From Rudaea sp. (GTDB lineage Bacteria > Pseudomonadota > Gammaproteobacteria > Xanthomonadales > Rhodanobacteraceae): DNA of 64,000 bases. The translations under genes and the position numbers were made by a program. Shown in pieces: positions 52,558 through 63,552 of the stretch. The DNA lies in contig DATNFS010000135.1 in NCBI GenBank assembly GCA_035606275.1, positions 793 through 64,792 on the forward strand, given 5' to 3'. Each line of letters begins with the position of its first letter. The stretch's first letter is position 1. The notes under the pieces are model-generated. The model was not told the DNA's origin and did not search any database. It was given only the letters and a program-made list of their open reading frames with translations.

Positions 52558-53040
52558 ATGAAACGCATCAGCATTGGCAAGGTTATCGCAGCGGCGCTCG
52601 GCATTTCGCTGGCTGGCTCCGCGTTCGCCTATTACCGCGACGGGTCGTATTTTGATTTCGCGCACGTCGATCGCGTGGACCGGTTGCTCGCCACCACGGA
52701 TCAACCCCAGGCAAGCACGCAATGCTGGGATCAGCCGCGCACCGAATACCATCCGGGCGCGGACTATCGTCGTGACACGGTCGCGCCGGCGATCGACGAG
52801 GACGGCAACCCGACGCAAGTCGTGACGCACAGCGACGTGATCGAGAGCGGCGGCTACAGCACGACACGCAATCAGCGCGTCTGCCGGACGCGGACGGCCC
52901 ACGTCGAAACGCAACAGGTCGTCGGCTACGACGTCGTCTACAGCTATCGCGGCCAGGACTATCACGAGCGCATGGATCACGATCCGGGCAGGTCGGTGCG
53001 GGTGCATGTCGACCACGGCTACGTCGAGCTGGCCGAGTAG
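52558..53040 (+). CDS. YcfJ-like exported protein lacking the glycine zipper
   Basis: Signal peptide, FAHVDRVD, QCW, RVCRT, VGYDVVYSYRG..RMDHDPG. Confidence 0.7.
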   Translation: MKRISIGKVIAAALGISLAGSAFAYYRDGSYFDFAHVDRVDRLLATTDQPQASTQCWDQPRTEYHPGADYRRDTVAPAIDEDGNPTQVVTHSDVIESGGYSTTRNQRVCRTRTAHVETQQVVGYDVVYSYRGQDYHERMDHDPGRSVRVHVDHGYVELAE

Positions 53041-53212
53041 CAGGCAAGGCAACACGATGCGTCGCCTCGCAGCGTGTTGAAAACAGCCCCGCGACCGGAT
53101 CTGCGTTCCTCTGCCTCGCAACGGATCCGGCCGCGGCGGCTTCCGCAGCTTAACGGGGATTTACCCGGCCGATCCGTAAATTGCCGCCGATTGGAACAGG
53201 GTCGCAATTTGC

Positions 53213-53998
53213 GTGGAATCAGCGGCAGCAGCCAGCGTGGACCCCGTTGCGGGTGCGGAAGCGGAACGTTCACGCTTGTCCGTCACTGCGTGGCGTGAAG
53301 ATGTGCGCCATCGCGCACGCGGGCGGCGTTCGCACACTACCGATCACCCCTCGCCGCTGAGGCGCTGGGCCTGGTTGTGCGCCATCGCGCTGCATCTGCT
53401 GCTGATCATCGGCCTGCGCCTGACACTGCGGCCGACCGCGCCGGCTGCCGCAGATGCCGATGTCATGCAGGTCGATCTGGTCGACTTGCCGTCGCCGGAA
53501 CCGCCCCTGCCCGAGCCGGTACTGCCGTTACCCCGGCCACCGAGCGAGCCGAAACAACGCCCGCCACGCGCGACGTCCAACGCGACTGCCAAGACGCCTG
53601 CGGTGCCGGCGGCCGCGCCCGAACCCGCACAATTGCGTCTTTTCAATCCCGACGGCAGCGCGATGCTGCCGGACGACATTGCGCAGCAGCTGGACCGCGC
53701 GCGACCGCAGCCGGACTTCATCGCGCGCAGGTACGAGCCTTCGCCGATCCTCGCGGCGAAGCGGCCGATCAAGGTGCGGCCGAACCATTTCGCGCAGTAC
53801 TGGGCTGGTACCGACGGCATGCCGCTGCACCAGGCGCTGTTTCGCCAGCTGACTGTCGTGAAGGAATTCACCGCGCCCTGGGGCGGCAAATACGCGTGTG
53901 CCTGGGTATTGATCGTCGTTGCCTGCGGCGACGTGCCGGACAAGCCGTGGACGCCACCTGTGACATGGAAGCCGGCCACCGAGTTCGACGAGCAGTGA
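53213..53998 (+). CDS. Membrane-anchored Pro-rich hypothetical protein (TonB-like N-terminus)
   Basis: TM containing His (AIALHLLLI), EPPLPEP Pro-rich linker, LRLFNPDGS. Confidence 0.6.
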   Translation: MESAAAASVDPVAGAEAERSRLSVTAWREDVRHRARGRRSHTTDHPSPLRRWAWLCAIALHLLLIIGLRLTLRPTAPAAADADVMQVDLVDLPSPEPPLPEPVLPLPRPPSEPKQRPPRATSNATAKTPAVPAAAPEPAQLRLFNPDGSAMLPDDIAQQLDRARPQPDFIARRYEPSPILAAKRPIKVRPNHFAQYWAGTDGMPLHQALFRQLTVVKEFTAPWGGKYACAWVLIVVACGDVPDKPWTPPVTWKPATEFDEQ

Positions 53999-54179
53999 TG
54001 CGCGCGAATCCGCCTTGAACGGAACGAACGCCGCGGGCCGGCCCGCTGCCGGAATTTGCGATGAGGTGCCGTGCGGGCGAACCTTTTCCCGCGTCGCGAT
54101 CGCGGGGCCGATGCGCTCATTCGGGCGCGTGTACCGGAGGCTGCGGGGATTTCCCCGGCGTCCGTGAAGCTCCCGCGAC

Positions 54180-54212
54180 AAAAAAATTCGCCCGCGTTTT
54201 CAGCGGGCGAAT
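54180..54212 (-). terminator. Rho-independent terminator
   Basis: ATTCGCCCGC/GCGGGCGAAT stem plus U tract on the minus strand. Confidence 0.75.
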
Positions 54213-54240
54213 GCGTATTTCCGGAAGACAGATCCCTCGA

Positions 54241-55101
54241 TCAACCGCCGCCACCGCCGCTGTCATCCTTTTTCTTTTCGGGCTTCAACTCATCCTTGGG
54301 CTTGGGTTCGTGCGCTTTGGCTTCATCCTTCGGCTTTGGCCCGGCGGCAGGCTTTGGCGCCTGTGCCACCTGCGGCGTACGCTCTGCCGGCCTGGTTCGC
54401 TCCGGCATGTCGCTGGGTTTCGCCGGCATCGGCGCCGCTTCGGGTTTCGTCAGCGGTTCCGGCTTCGGGCGCGATTCCGGGTGCGCAATCTTCGCCATGC
54501 GTTGATCGTTGCGCGCGGAGTCGGCGCGTTCGGTCGTCGCGCGTTCCGTCGCGGACGGCGAGGGAACCGGGCTCGGTGCCGGAGCCGTGCGCTGCGGCAT
54601 CGTCGCGGTCGTGCGCCGTTCCTGCGTCTGCGCCTGGGTGCGCGTGTCGGCCGGACGCGTCGTCGTCGCAACACCGCTTGGGCGCGGCGGCGTGCGCACG
54701 TGGATCGAGCGCGATTCCCATTGCTGGCGCTGCGCGTAGAACGGACGGTTGTGATAGTGGCTGCCCCAGTACGCGCCGATCGAGAAGCTGACGATCGGAA
54801 TGCCGATGCGCGCGCCGTAGTCGGTCACGACGACGCGCTGGCTGCCGTAGGTTTCTTCGATGAATGTTCCGGGAATCCAGCCGCGATCGCCGTTGTCGGC
54901 GATGACGTCGCACCAGGTCCAGCCGTCCAGGCAGCCCTGGATCGCGACCGGCGTGCCGGCATTGAGTTCCTCGATCGACGGATATTCCGTGTCGGGTCCG
55001 GCCTGCAGGCTGATGTCGGCGACGAGAACGCCTTCCGCCGCGCCCGCAAACAGCGGCGCGCAAAGGGCGAGTGAAGCCAGCGAATAGATGACTCGTTTCA
55101 T
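54241..55101 (-). CDS. Exported SH3 (YraI-like) protein with low-complexity tail
   Basis: LQAGPDTEYP, GCLDGWTWCDV, RGW, YWGSHYHNRPFY. Confidence 0.8.
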   Translation of the reverse strand: MKRVIYSLASLALCAPLFAGAAEGVLVADISLQAGPDTEYPSIEELNAGTPVAIQGCLDGWTWCDVIADNGDRGWIPGTFIEETYGSQRVVVTDYGARIGIPIVSFSIGAYWGSHYHNRPFYAQRQQWESRSIHVRTPPRPSGVATTTRPADTRTQAQTQERRTTATMPQRTAPAPSPVPSPSATERATTERADSARNDQRMAKIAHPESRPKPEPLTKPEAAPMPAKPSDMPERTRPAERTPQVAQAPKPAAGPKPKDEAKAHEPKPKDELKPEKKKDDSGGGGG

Positions 55102-55198
55102 TGCACTGCCTCCTTGTTGTGGCGTGCTCATGATTGAGTCTGGTACCTGAACACGGCCCCGATTTCCGCTGATCGCCGATCCTGCGTTTCAGCGCGGT

Positions 55199-56257
55199 TC
55201 ACCAAGCACGCTGGTACTGCTTCGGCGCTTCGATCGCTGCGCCGAGTTCCTTCGCGGCGCGGCGCGGGAAGTACGGATCACGCAACAATTCGCGCGCCAT
55301 GATGATCAGGTCGGCGTCGCCGTCGTCGAGGATCTTCTGCGCCTGACGGGCGTCGGTGATCAGGCCGACGGCGCCGGTCGCGATGTCGGCCTCACGACGG
55401 ATACGCGCGGCGAACGGCACCTGATAGCCGGGACCGACCGTGATCTTCGCGTGCGCCACGAGCCCGCCGGACGACACATCGATCAAGTCGGCGCCATCGG
55501 CCTTGAGCCAGCGCGAGAGCTCGACGCACTCGTCGATGTCCCAGCCGCCCGGCGCCCAGTCGGTTGCCGACACGCGCACGAACAGCGGCCGCGGCGCCGG
55601 CCACTCGGCGCGCACGGCCCGCATGACCTCGCGCAGCAGGCGCGCACGGTTTTCCAGCGAGCCGCCGTAATCATCGCGGCGCAGGTTCGACAATGGCGAC
55701 AGGAACTGATGCAGCAGATAGCCGTGTGCGGCGTGCACCTCGATCACGCCGAAACCGGCTTCGCGGGCGCGCCGGGCCGATGCGGCAAAATCCATTATGA
55801 CTTTTTGTATACCCGCATCGTCCAGCGCTGCCGGCATCGGATAGTCATCGGCGAACGCGATCGCGCTCGGTGCGACCGGCGTCCAGGCGCCCTCAACGGC
55901 CGCCACGGCCTTGCCGCCGCGCCATGGCGCCTCCGTGCTGCCCTTGCGTCCGGCGTGCGCAAGCTGGATGCCGGACAGGGCACCCTGCGCATGGACGAAA
56001 TCGGCGATGCGCTTCCAGGCATTCTGCTGCACCTGGTTCCACAGGCCGGTATCGACCGGGGAAATGCGGCCTTCCGGCGACACGGCCGTGGCTTCGGTGA
56101 AGACCAGCGCGGCACCGCCGACCGCACGGCTGCCCAGGTGCACCAGGTGCCAGTCGTCCGGCACGCCGTCGCGGGCGGAGTATTCGCACATCGGCGAGAC
56201 CACGATCCGGTTGCGCAACGTGACGTTGCCGAGCGTGAACGGCGTGAACAGGGACAT
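55199..56257 (-). CDS. NADH:flavin oxidoreductase (YqjM/NamA-type old yellow enzyme)
   Basis: VSPMCEYS, QLAHAGRK, HAAHGYL, YGGSLENR. Confidence 0.92.
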   Translation of the reverse strand: MSLFTPFTLGNVTLRNRIVVSPMCEYSARDGVPDDWHLVHLGSRAVGGAALVFTEATAVSPEGRISPVDTGLWNQVQQNAWKRIADFVHAQGALSGIQLAHAGRKGSTEAPWRGGKAVAAVEGAWTPVAPSAIAFADDYPMPAALDDAGIQKVIMDFAASARRAREAGFGVIEVHAAHGYLLHQFLSPLSNLRRDDYGGSLENRARLLREVMRAVRAEWPAPRPLFVRVSATDWAPGGWDIDECVELSRWLKADGADLIDVSSGGLVAHAKITVGPGYQVPFAARIRREADIATGAVGLITDARQAQKILDDGDADLIIMARELLRDPYFPRRAAKELGAAIEAPKQYQRAW

Positions 56258-56631
56258 GCGGGCGGCGATCCTCGAGGCAATGCCGGACATGAGGGCAAAC
56301 GCGGGGAGCGCAAGTGCCTTGACGGCGGCGGCGTCGTGGCAATCGGCCACGGCCATGGTCGACCTCACGAAGAATCGCCGCAGATCGCAGGGGTCTTCGT
56401 CCACGCCACAGGCGCGGGCGGGCGGCTACGGACGATGTTCGAATCGGGCGCGCGGAAAATCGCGCAGGCGCCTGTGTTCTGTTCCGCAGGCAACGCGAAG
56501 AAGTTCCGGATGGATTTCCCGGCTGGACAACGCGCGAGAAGGAGGCGTTGCGCGGCCACGATGACGGCGAGCAACGCAGCATCGCGGCGAAAGACACCGG
56601 CATTGTCTGACGCTGGTTGCGGAACAGGACA

Positions 56632-58884
56632 CTAGAGCATGCGCATCAGCTGCGGCATGAGCGGCAGCTTGCGCACGCGCACCGTCGTCGCCGCGTAGAT
56701 CGCATTGGCCAGCGCCGGCAGGGAACTGGGCAGGCCGATCTCGCCGGCGCCGCTGGGATCCTCGGTCGATTCGACAATGTGTACTTCTACACTCTGCGGC
56801 GCCTGCGCCATGCGCATCAATGGATAGTCGGGAAAATTGCGCTGCTGCACCTGGCCGTCCTTGACCGTGATCGCCAGGTTCAGGGCGGTCGAGATGCCGT
56901 CGATCGTCCCGCCCATCATCTGCGCCTCGACGCCGAGCGGGTTGACCACGCGGCCGACATCGACCGCACACACCGCGCGATGGATGAGCAACTGGTCCTT
57001 CTCCACCGACACCTCGAAGGCGTGCGCGGCGTAGCCGCCGAACGTGAAATGGCAGGCGATGCCGACGCCGCGCCCATCGCTGCGCTTGTCCCTCCAGCCG
57101 ATCGTGTCGGCTGCCAGCTGCAGTACGCCGGCCAGGCGGCCGGTGTCGAATCCGGGCTTGTCCGAATCCTCGTACTTGAGCCGCCGCGGCGGCCCGAGCA
57201 GGTCGAGGCGCAACTGCACGGCATCCTGCTTCGTCGCCACCGCGATCTCGTCGATGAAGCACTGCACGGCGAACGCGTGGAACGTGTGGATCGGCCCGCG
57301 CCACCAGCCGCGCGGCATGCCGGACGGCACCGGGAAGAACGACTTCTCGAGATTGGCGACCAGACCCGCCGGAAAATCATCCGGCTCGACGCAGCCGATG
57401 TACAACGGAACCTTGCCTTCGGCCATGCCGCGGTCGCGATAGTTGCGCGGCGTTGCGGCACAGCGGTGCGACCAGGCCACGATCCTTTTCTTCTTGTCCA
57501 GCGCGGCGCTCATCGCGTGCACGCCGAACGGGCGGAAGAAGTCGTGCTGCAGATCGTCTTCGCGCGTCCAGACGAGCTTCACCGGCTTGCCGGCCGCCTT
57601 GGCGATCAGGGTCGCCTCGGCGACGAAGTCGTTCTTCAGGCGCCGGCCGAAGCCGCCGCCCGCGCGCGTCAGGCGAATCTCGATGTTCTTGCGCGCAATG
57701 CCGGTCAGCCTGCTGATGACCTGCGAGGCACTGCCGGGGCTTTGCAGCGAAGCGATCAGCAGGACCTTGTCCTTTTCGACCGAAATCGTCGCGCCGGGCG
57801 GTTCCAGGGTCGCATGGGCGAGGAACGGCATTTCATAACGTGCCTCGAAGCGCAACCCGGACTGCTTGCGCGCCTTGGCGAAGTCACCGTCATTTCGCAC
57901 CGGCACGGCGCCTTCGTTCCTGTCGAGCAATTCGTTGGCCTTCGCCGCGAGTGCGGCGCTCGATTCCGTCGCCCACGGTCCGGGCTTCCATTCGACCTTG
58001 AGTTTCTCGCGGCCCTTGATCGCCGCCCAGGTCGAGTCGGCCAGGACGGCGATGCCGCTCGCCAGCACACCATCGAACGGCTCGCCCGGCTTGGGGCCGT
58101 CGATCACGATGACGTCCTTGACGCCGGATACCTTGCGCGCTTCCTTGTCGTCGAGCGTGCCGACGGTTCCATCCAGCAGCGGGCAGCGCAGCATCACGGC
58201 AAAAAGCGTGTCGGTCAGGTAGGCATCGATGCCGAACTGCGACTGCCCGGTGACGATCTCCTTCGCATCGACCGTGCGCGTCGGCTTGCCGATGATCGAG
58301 AAGCGATCGGCCGGTTTCAGCGCCACCGGATCCTTCGGCGGATCGAGCGCCGCGGCCTCGGCGGCGAGCTCGCCATAGCCGAGTCGGCGCGAATCGGGCG
58401 CAATCACGGCACCGGAATCGGTACGCAGCTGCGCCGCGTCGACGTCCCAACGTTTTGCCGCAGCCTGCACGAGCAGCCAGCGTGCCACGGCGCCGGCCTG
58501 GCGCAGGTCCTTCCAGCCACTCGGAATATTGTCGCTGCCGCCGGCGCCCTGGCCGCCGTAGCGATTCGACGGACCCTTGTCGGTTTCGACGTAGCCGTAC
58601 GGCAGCTGTTCGACGCGCACGCGGTTCCAGTCGACATCCAGTTCCTCGGCGATCAGCATCGGCAGCGATGTCTTCACGCCCTGGCCGATCTCGCAGCCGC
58701 GCGCGCCGATGAAAACATCGCCGTTCGCTTCGATCCGGACGAACGCACCGAGCTGCTGCGCTTCATCGCGCGCTCCGAGAAACGGCAGCGCCGACTGCGC
58801 GCGGGCGAATTTCCAGCCGACCAGCAGCGCACCGGAGGCACTCGCGCTGATCGACAAGAACCTGCGTCGCGACAGCCCGCTCAT
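56632..58884 (-). CDS. Xanthine dehydrogenase-family molybdopterin subunit (IorB-like), Tat-exported
   Basis: SRRRFL Tat motif, EIGQG, AEELD, GGGFGRR, GAGEIG. Confidence 0.9.
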   Translation of the reverse strand: MSGLSRRRFLSISASASGALLVGWKFARAQSALPFLGARDEAQQLGAFVRIEANGDVFIGARGCEIGQGVKTSLPMLIAEELDVDWNRVRVEQLPYGYVETDKGPSNRYGGQGAGGSDNIPSGWKDLRQAGAVARWLLVQAAAKRWDVDAAQLRTDSGAVIAPDSRRLGYGELAAEAAALDPPKDPVALKPADRFSIIGKPTRTVDAKEIVTGQSQFGIDAYLTDTLFAVMLRCPLLDGTVGTLDDKEARKVSGVKDVIVIDGPKPGEPFDGVLASGIAVLADSTWAAIKGREKLKVEWKPGPWATESSAALAAKANELLDRNEGAVPVRNDGDFAKARKQSGLRFEARYEMPFLAHATLEPPGATISVEKDKVLLIASLQSPGSASQVISRLTGIARKNIEIRLTRAGGGFGRRLKNDFVAEATLIAKAAGKPVKLVWTREDDLQHDFFRPFGVHAMSAALDKKKRIVAWSHRCAATPRNYRDRGMAEGKVPLYIGCVEPDDFPAGLVANLEKSFFPVPSGMPRGWWRGPIHTFHAFAVQCFIDEIAVATKQDAVQLRLDLLGPPRRLKYEDSDKPGFDTGRLAGVLQLAADTIGWRDKRSDGRGVGIACHFTFGGYAAHAFEVSVEKDQLLIHRAVCAVDVGRVVNPLGVEAQMMGGTIDGISTALNLAITVKDGQVQQRNFPDYPLMRMAQAPQSVEVHIVESTEDPSGAGEIGLPSSLPALANAIYAATTVRVRKLPLMPQLMRML

Positions 58885-59405
58885 GTTCCGCCTTCGCGCG
58901 CGAGCTGCGCGGCGCGCTTGATCGCGCGGCGGATGCGCGGATAGGTGCCGCAACGGCACAGGTTCGGAATTTTCGCGATGTCGTCGTCGCCCGGGTTTGG
59001 ATTGCGCCGGAGCAGTTCCGCCGCCGCCATGATCTGGCCGGCCTGGCAGTAGCCGCATTGCGCGACGTCTTCCTCGATCCACGCGCGCTGCAGCGGATGC
59101 AGGTCCGTGCCGGCCAATCCCTCGATCGTGGTCACGTCGTGGTTCATGGCGGCCTTGATCGGTGTCAGGCATGCACGTTGCGCCTTGCCGTCGATCAGCA
59201 CCGTGCAGGCACCGCATGCTCCGATGCCGCAGCCGAATTTCGTGCCGGTCAGGCGCAATACGTCGCGCAGGTACCACAGCAGCGGCATGTCGGGATCGTC
59301 GGTCGGGTAGTACGGGCGGCCGTTGATGCGCAGTTCGTGCGACCGGTCTTCGGCGTCCGGGGCGTGGGACGGAGGCTTCGTGCTGGCGCGGGGGGTTTCT
59401 GGCAT
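58881..59405 (-). CDS. (2Fe-2S)-binding subunit (IorA-like)
   Basis: [26 protein letters not shown]. Confidence 0.92.
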   Translation of the reverse strand: MPETPRASTKPPSHAPDAEDRSHELRINGRPYYPTDDPDMPLLWYLRDVLRLTGTKFGCGIGACGACTVLIDGKAQRACLTPIKAAMNHDVTTIEGLAGTDLHPLQRAWIEEDVAQCGYCQAGQIMAAAELLRRNPNPGDDDIAKIPNLCRCGTYPRIRRAIKRAAQLAREGGT

Positions 59406-59559
59406 GTCGTCGAACAAGTCGGCTGCGGCAACTTATTGTTGCATACCGGGTTGGACCTCGGCGCGCTATCACGGTTCTGCCCGCCTGCGCCGGGCTGTTG
59501 CATCCATGCGCCGACGCGTTGTGTGCCGTCGACCAGCCGCCCGGCTTCCAGCCCTGTTT

Positions 59560-60085
59560 CGTCATTCCCGCGCAAGCGGGAATCCATCTTGATTTTGTCT
59601 CTTGTTCATTCCTCAAGACCAGAGCCTCCACTCGCCCTTTGGGCGAGCGGGTTACTTCTTCTTGCGTGGCCAAGAAGAAGTAACCAAGAAGAAGGCCACC
59701 CCCGGTGGCGCGGTCTCCAGGCATCCTGCCTTGCGACTTCGCGAGGGTGCTCCGGGGTTCGCTGGATGTACGTCCGTGTACATTCAGCGAACGGGCGCAC
59801 ATCGTGTGCGCCCTCCTTCGGACTTTTCCTGCGCACCCTCGCCGCGCCACAGGCGGGCCCCGTTTGGGCGGCATCCTGCCGCAGGAGCAGCAGCTCGCCT
59901 GAACTATTCCTTGAGGTAGTGCAGGGATATACGGCTTCGTGGGTCCCGGCGCCGTTCGCGGTGCCGAGCATCGCAGGGGACGGCGGAAAGTGCCCGCAGG
60001 CGCGCGCGCGCGATGTGCGCGCGTCGGCTGACAGCACACGGACGTACTGCCAGACGACCGCGCCGGCGCCGAGAAGCGCAGGTAC
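59560..60085. repeat. Composite palindromic non-coding repeat (REP/MITE-like)
   Basis: CGTCATTCCCGCGCAAGCGGGAATCCA (59560-86); 15-bp perfect inverted repeat 59650-64/59671-85; many further hairpins. Confidence 0.65.
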
Positions 60086-60127
60086 ACGGGTTCAACGACG
60101 ATCGGCGTGCACCATGCCGCGACGCGG

Positions 60128-61480
60128 TCAGCCTCGCGCGGCGGCGCGCGACGAGCGTGACCAGAACCAGTAGACCGGCAACCCGAGCAGCGCGATCAGC
60201 AGGCCCATGCCGGCGTCGGTCGGATTCGAGACGATGTTGCTGGCGACGACGCCGAGCACCGCGACGATGAAGATCAGCGGCAGCACCGGAAAGCCCTTCA
60301 TGCGGAACGCGACGGCTTCGTCGGCGTGCACCCGCCGGTAGTAGAACAGCGTGGCGACGGCCGCGGCGTAGCCGAGCCAGTCACCGACGGTCGAGTAGTT
60401 CAGCAGCTGGCCGTAGGTTCCCGACAGCGCCAGCACGATCGCCCAGCCGGACAATGCGGCCAGCGCGACGTCGGGCGAGCGATAGCGCGGGTTGATGTGG
60501 CCGGCGGCACGGAAGAACAGGCCTTCGGCGCCCATCACCTGGAATACGCGCGCGGCGCCGATGATCGAGATATTGCAGAATCCAAATGTGGAAATTGCGA
60601 TGCCGAGCGAAATCGCGCGTCCGCCGGTCTCGCCGAACGCGCTGCGCATGATCTCGGCCGCAGGCGCCATGCTGGTGGCGAGGCCGGCGTGCCCGAGCGC
60701 GTGCAGGTAGGCGATGTTGGCCAGCAGGTAGCAGGCGGCGACCAGCAGCATGCCCAGCACGAGTGCACGCGGCAGGTTGCGCTGCGGCTCGCGGATTTCG
60801 CCGGCGATGTTGTTGACGTAGGCCCAGCCGCCGTAGGCGAACAGCACGGGCATCAGGATCGCACCGAAGTTCCAGATGCTGATCGGCGCCGATGGCATGG
60901 CGGCGGCCGCCGGCGCGTGCGGCGCGGCGATGAACACGCCGGTCACGACCAGCGCGACGACGGCGAGCAGCTTCAGCATTGTCAGCGCGTTCTGCAGCAT
61001 CGCGCCGGCCTTGATGCCGAAGTAGCTGATGCCGGTCAGCAGCACGATCGCGCCGATTGCGAATGGCTGGACCAGCGATTCGGGCAACGCAAATGCGCTG
61101 CAGAAGTAGGTCGCGAACGTCACGCTGACGGCCGCCTCGCTGCCGGAGTAATTCACGACCAGCATGATCCAGCCGTACACGAACGCGATCATCGGCCCGT
61201 AGGCTTCGCGCAGGTACACGTAGGCACCGCCGGCCTGCGGGCGGCGCGCGCCGAGTTCGGCGTAGCACAGCGCGCCGATCAGCGCGATCACTGCGCCGAC
61301 GCTCCACGCGATCAGCACGCCTTCGCCGGAGCCGGTGCGCTCGGCGACGATGCGCGGATTGAGGAAGATGCCGGCGCCGATCACGCCGCCGACGACGATC
61401 ATGCTCGAATCCCAGACCCCGAGCCGGCGCAAGTATCCGGCCGGAGCCGATGTTGCCGAAGTTGCGGTTTCGCCAGACAC
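60128..61480 (-). CDS. APC family amino acid permease
   Basis: GGVIGAGIF, YAELG..PQAGG, FAYGGW, EIREPQRNLPRA; GTG start inferred. Confidence 0.9.
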   Translation of the reverse strand: MSGETATSATSAPAGYLRRLGVWDSSMIVVGGVIGAGIFLNPRIVAERTGSGEGVLIAWSVGAVIALIGALCYAELGARRPQAGGAYVYLREAYGPMIAFVYGWIMLVVNYSGSEAAVSVTFATYFCSAFALPESLVQPFAIGAIVLLTGISYFGIKAGAMLQNALTMLKLLAVVALVVTGVFIAAPHAPAAAAMPSAPISIWNFGAILMPVLFAYGGWAYVNNIAGEIREPQRNLPRALVLGMLLVAACYLLANIAYLHALGHAGLATSMAPAAEIMRSAFGETGGRAISLGIAISTFGFCNISIIGAARVFQVMGAEGLFFRAAGHINPRYRSPDVALAALSGWAIVLALSGTYGQLLNYSTVGDWLGYAAAVATLFYYRRVHADEAVAFRMKGFPVLPLIFIVAVLGVVASNIVSNPTDAGMGLLIALLGLPVYWFWSRSSRAAARG

Positions 61481-61617
61481 GCATGCTTCCCCGTCGCTGA
61501 TGGCGCAGCATGGCCGACTCGGCGTTGCATGTCGAGACGCGCGCGTGACCTTCGGTACATCCCGGCGACGGCCGCGCACGACATGATCCCTTCAGCCATT
61601 CAGGACGAGGTGCCGGA

Positions 61618-62376
61618 ATGCACGCCACTGCAATAACGGGCACTGCCTTGCTGACGTTCGGCGGTGTCCTGCTGTTCTACAGCCCGCTTTCGTTCGCCGA
61701 CGAGGCGCCGCCGGCGTTGACGAAGGAAATCGTCGGCCTGACGCAGGAGTTGATGGACGGGCTCACGCTCGGCAAGCCCGATGTCTGGCAGCGCCTGCTC
61801 GCCGACGACGTGCTGATCACCGACGAATTCGGGCGCCGGCAGACAAAGAAGGAAGCCGTCGACAGCGTGCATGCGCTTGCGCCCGGCATCTCCGGCAACA
61901 TCGAGATCCGTGACCCGCACGTGCGCGCCTACGCGGACACCGCGGTGATCGATTGCGAGCAGTACGAGACCGAGACGTTCTTCGGGCAGAAATTCGTCGT
62001 GCGCTATCTCGCCACGGCGACTTTCGTTCGTCGCGCCGGCAAGTGGCAGATCGTCGCGATGCAGGACCTGACACTGCCGACGCCGCCGCCCGCGCTGGAC
62101 GTGCGCGGCTTGCGCCTGTCCGACTATCCCGGAACCTATCGTTACACGCCGGAACGGGCCTTCACGGTCGAACTTGCCGCAGGCAGGCTGCTGCTGCGCA
62201 CTCGCAGCGGTGCTGCGCCGCACGCGCTGGATCCGGTCGCCAGGGATGTGTTCATGGGCAGCGACGATGAGAGGAATCTGTTGATCTTCCGGCGCGACGC
62301 AGCCGGAAAAATCATCGGGCTGATCGAGCGGCGCAAGTTCAACGATCTGCAGATGACGCGCGACGCGGCGAAATAG
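61618..62376 (+). CDS. Exported DUF4440 (NTF2-like) domain protein
   Basis: Signal peptide, LLADD, YADTAV, GKWQIV, then LSDYPGTY domain. Confidence 0.7.
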   Translation: MHATAITGTALLTFGGVLLFYSPLSFADEAPPALTKEIVGLTQELMDGLTLGKPDVWQRLLADDVLITDEFGRRQTKKEAVDSVHALAPGISGNIEIRDPHVRAYADTAVIDCEQYETETFFGQKFVVRYLATATFVRRAGKWQIVAMQDLTLPTPPPALDVRGLRLSDYPGTYRYTPERAFTVELAAGRLLLRTRSGAAPHALDPVARDVFMGSDDERNLLIFRRDAAGKIIGLIERRKFNDLQMTRDAAK

Positions 62377-62499
62377 CCGGCGATACCGGCGTTCGATCCG
62401 CGCGATCGAACGCGACCGGCGCAACGCGCGCTTCGGGTATCGCGCACGCAAACGGCAAGGCTGCGCCGTTCCGTGAAACAGGCGACGCAGCGGCCCGCG

Positions 62500-63378
62500 T
62501 TACGGCAGCGCCAGCATGCCGTCGATGCTGGTGACGGAGCAGCCGCCGATCTCGACGTCGCCGGATGCCGCGTCGATGCAGACGTCGACATACCCGTCAC
62601 GGCCGATTTCGCGGCCCTGACTGACGCGGTAGTTTGCCCCGACCGAATCGAGCTGGCCGGTCGCCAGCAGGTAGGCGCCGATCGCGGCATTGGCACTGCC
62701 GGTCACGGGATCTTCCGGAACGCCGTCGGCCGGAGCGAATGCACGCACCACGAGCTGGTAATCCTTGCCCCGGGCCCGGCCGAAAACGGTAATGCCGATC
62801 GAAGAGGTCTCTGCGCTTAGCCGCTCCAGGGCAGTCATGTCGGGTACCAGCCCGCGCACCACCGCCTCGTCGCCCAGATCGCAGATCAGCCAGTCGGGAC
62901 CGTTGTTGGCCACGCGCGGCGGATGCGAGCCGCACGGCGCCTGCGAAAGCGCCCGGGTCACCGCGGCCGTGATCGCCGCGCTGGGCGGATCGATTTGCGC
63001 GCGCGGCGCTCGTACGAAGACGCGACGCTGCGCACCCTCGCCGACGACGCGCACCGGCAGCAGTCCGGCGGCGCATTCCTGCACCAGGTGATCGGAAGCG
63101 TCGATGCGTCCGGCTTCGAGCAGCGCATGGGCGGTGCCGACGCTCGGATGGCCGGCGAACGGCAACTCGCTGCGCGGCGTGAAGATGCGCACGCGATAGT
63201 CCGCGCCGGGGCGGCTCGGCGGCAACACGAATGTCGTCTCGGACAGATTGGTCCAGGCGGCGATCCGCTGCATGTCGGCGTCGGCCAGGCCGTCCGCGTC
63301 GAGGATCACGGCCAGCGCGTTGCCCTTGTAACGTTCGGACGTAAAGACGTCCACTTGCTTGAAAGCGCTGCAGTTCAT
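62500..63378 (-). CDS. PhzF family isomerase
   Basis: QVDVF, NLSETTF, ELPFAGHP, EDPVTGSAN, QGREIGR. Confidence 0.9.
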   Translation of the reverse strand: MNCSAFKQVDVFTSERYKGNALAVILDADGLADADMQRIAAWTNLSETTFVLPPSRPGADYRVRIFTPRSELPFAGHPSVGTAHALLEAGRIDASDHLVQECAAGLLPVRVVGEGAQRRVFVRAPRAQIDPPSAAITAAVTRALSQAPCGSHPPRVANNGPDWLICDLGDEAVVRGLVPDMTALERLSAETSSIGITVFGRARGKDYQLVVRAFAPADGVPEDPVTGSANAAIGAYLLATGQLDSVGANYRVSQGREIGRDGYVDVCIDAASGDVEIGGCSVTSIDGMLALP

Positions 63379-63552
63379 TGCCGTTTCCGCGCGAAGGAGC
63401 TGCCGATTATGCCGGTTTTGGCAATGCCGCCGGAAAATGCCCGCAATTGTCCATATCGCCGGCGCAGGATCGCATTCAGCCTTCGACTTGTTTTTTTGCG
63501 CTGCACAAGGACAATGACCGCCTCCTTCCACTGCGCAGGTTTCGCTCCCACG

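Noticed and set aside
56258-56631. Possible gene remnant between iorB and the flavin oxidoreductase
   Set aside because: No recognisable homology by eye
56632-60087. 1151-aa ORF
   Set aside because: The upstream 400 aa read through the repeat element and iorA off-frame; the Tat signal marks the start at 58884
62377-62440. Hairpins between convergent genes
   Set aside because: Probably ordinary terminator-like structures; no U tract to support a call
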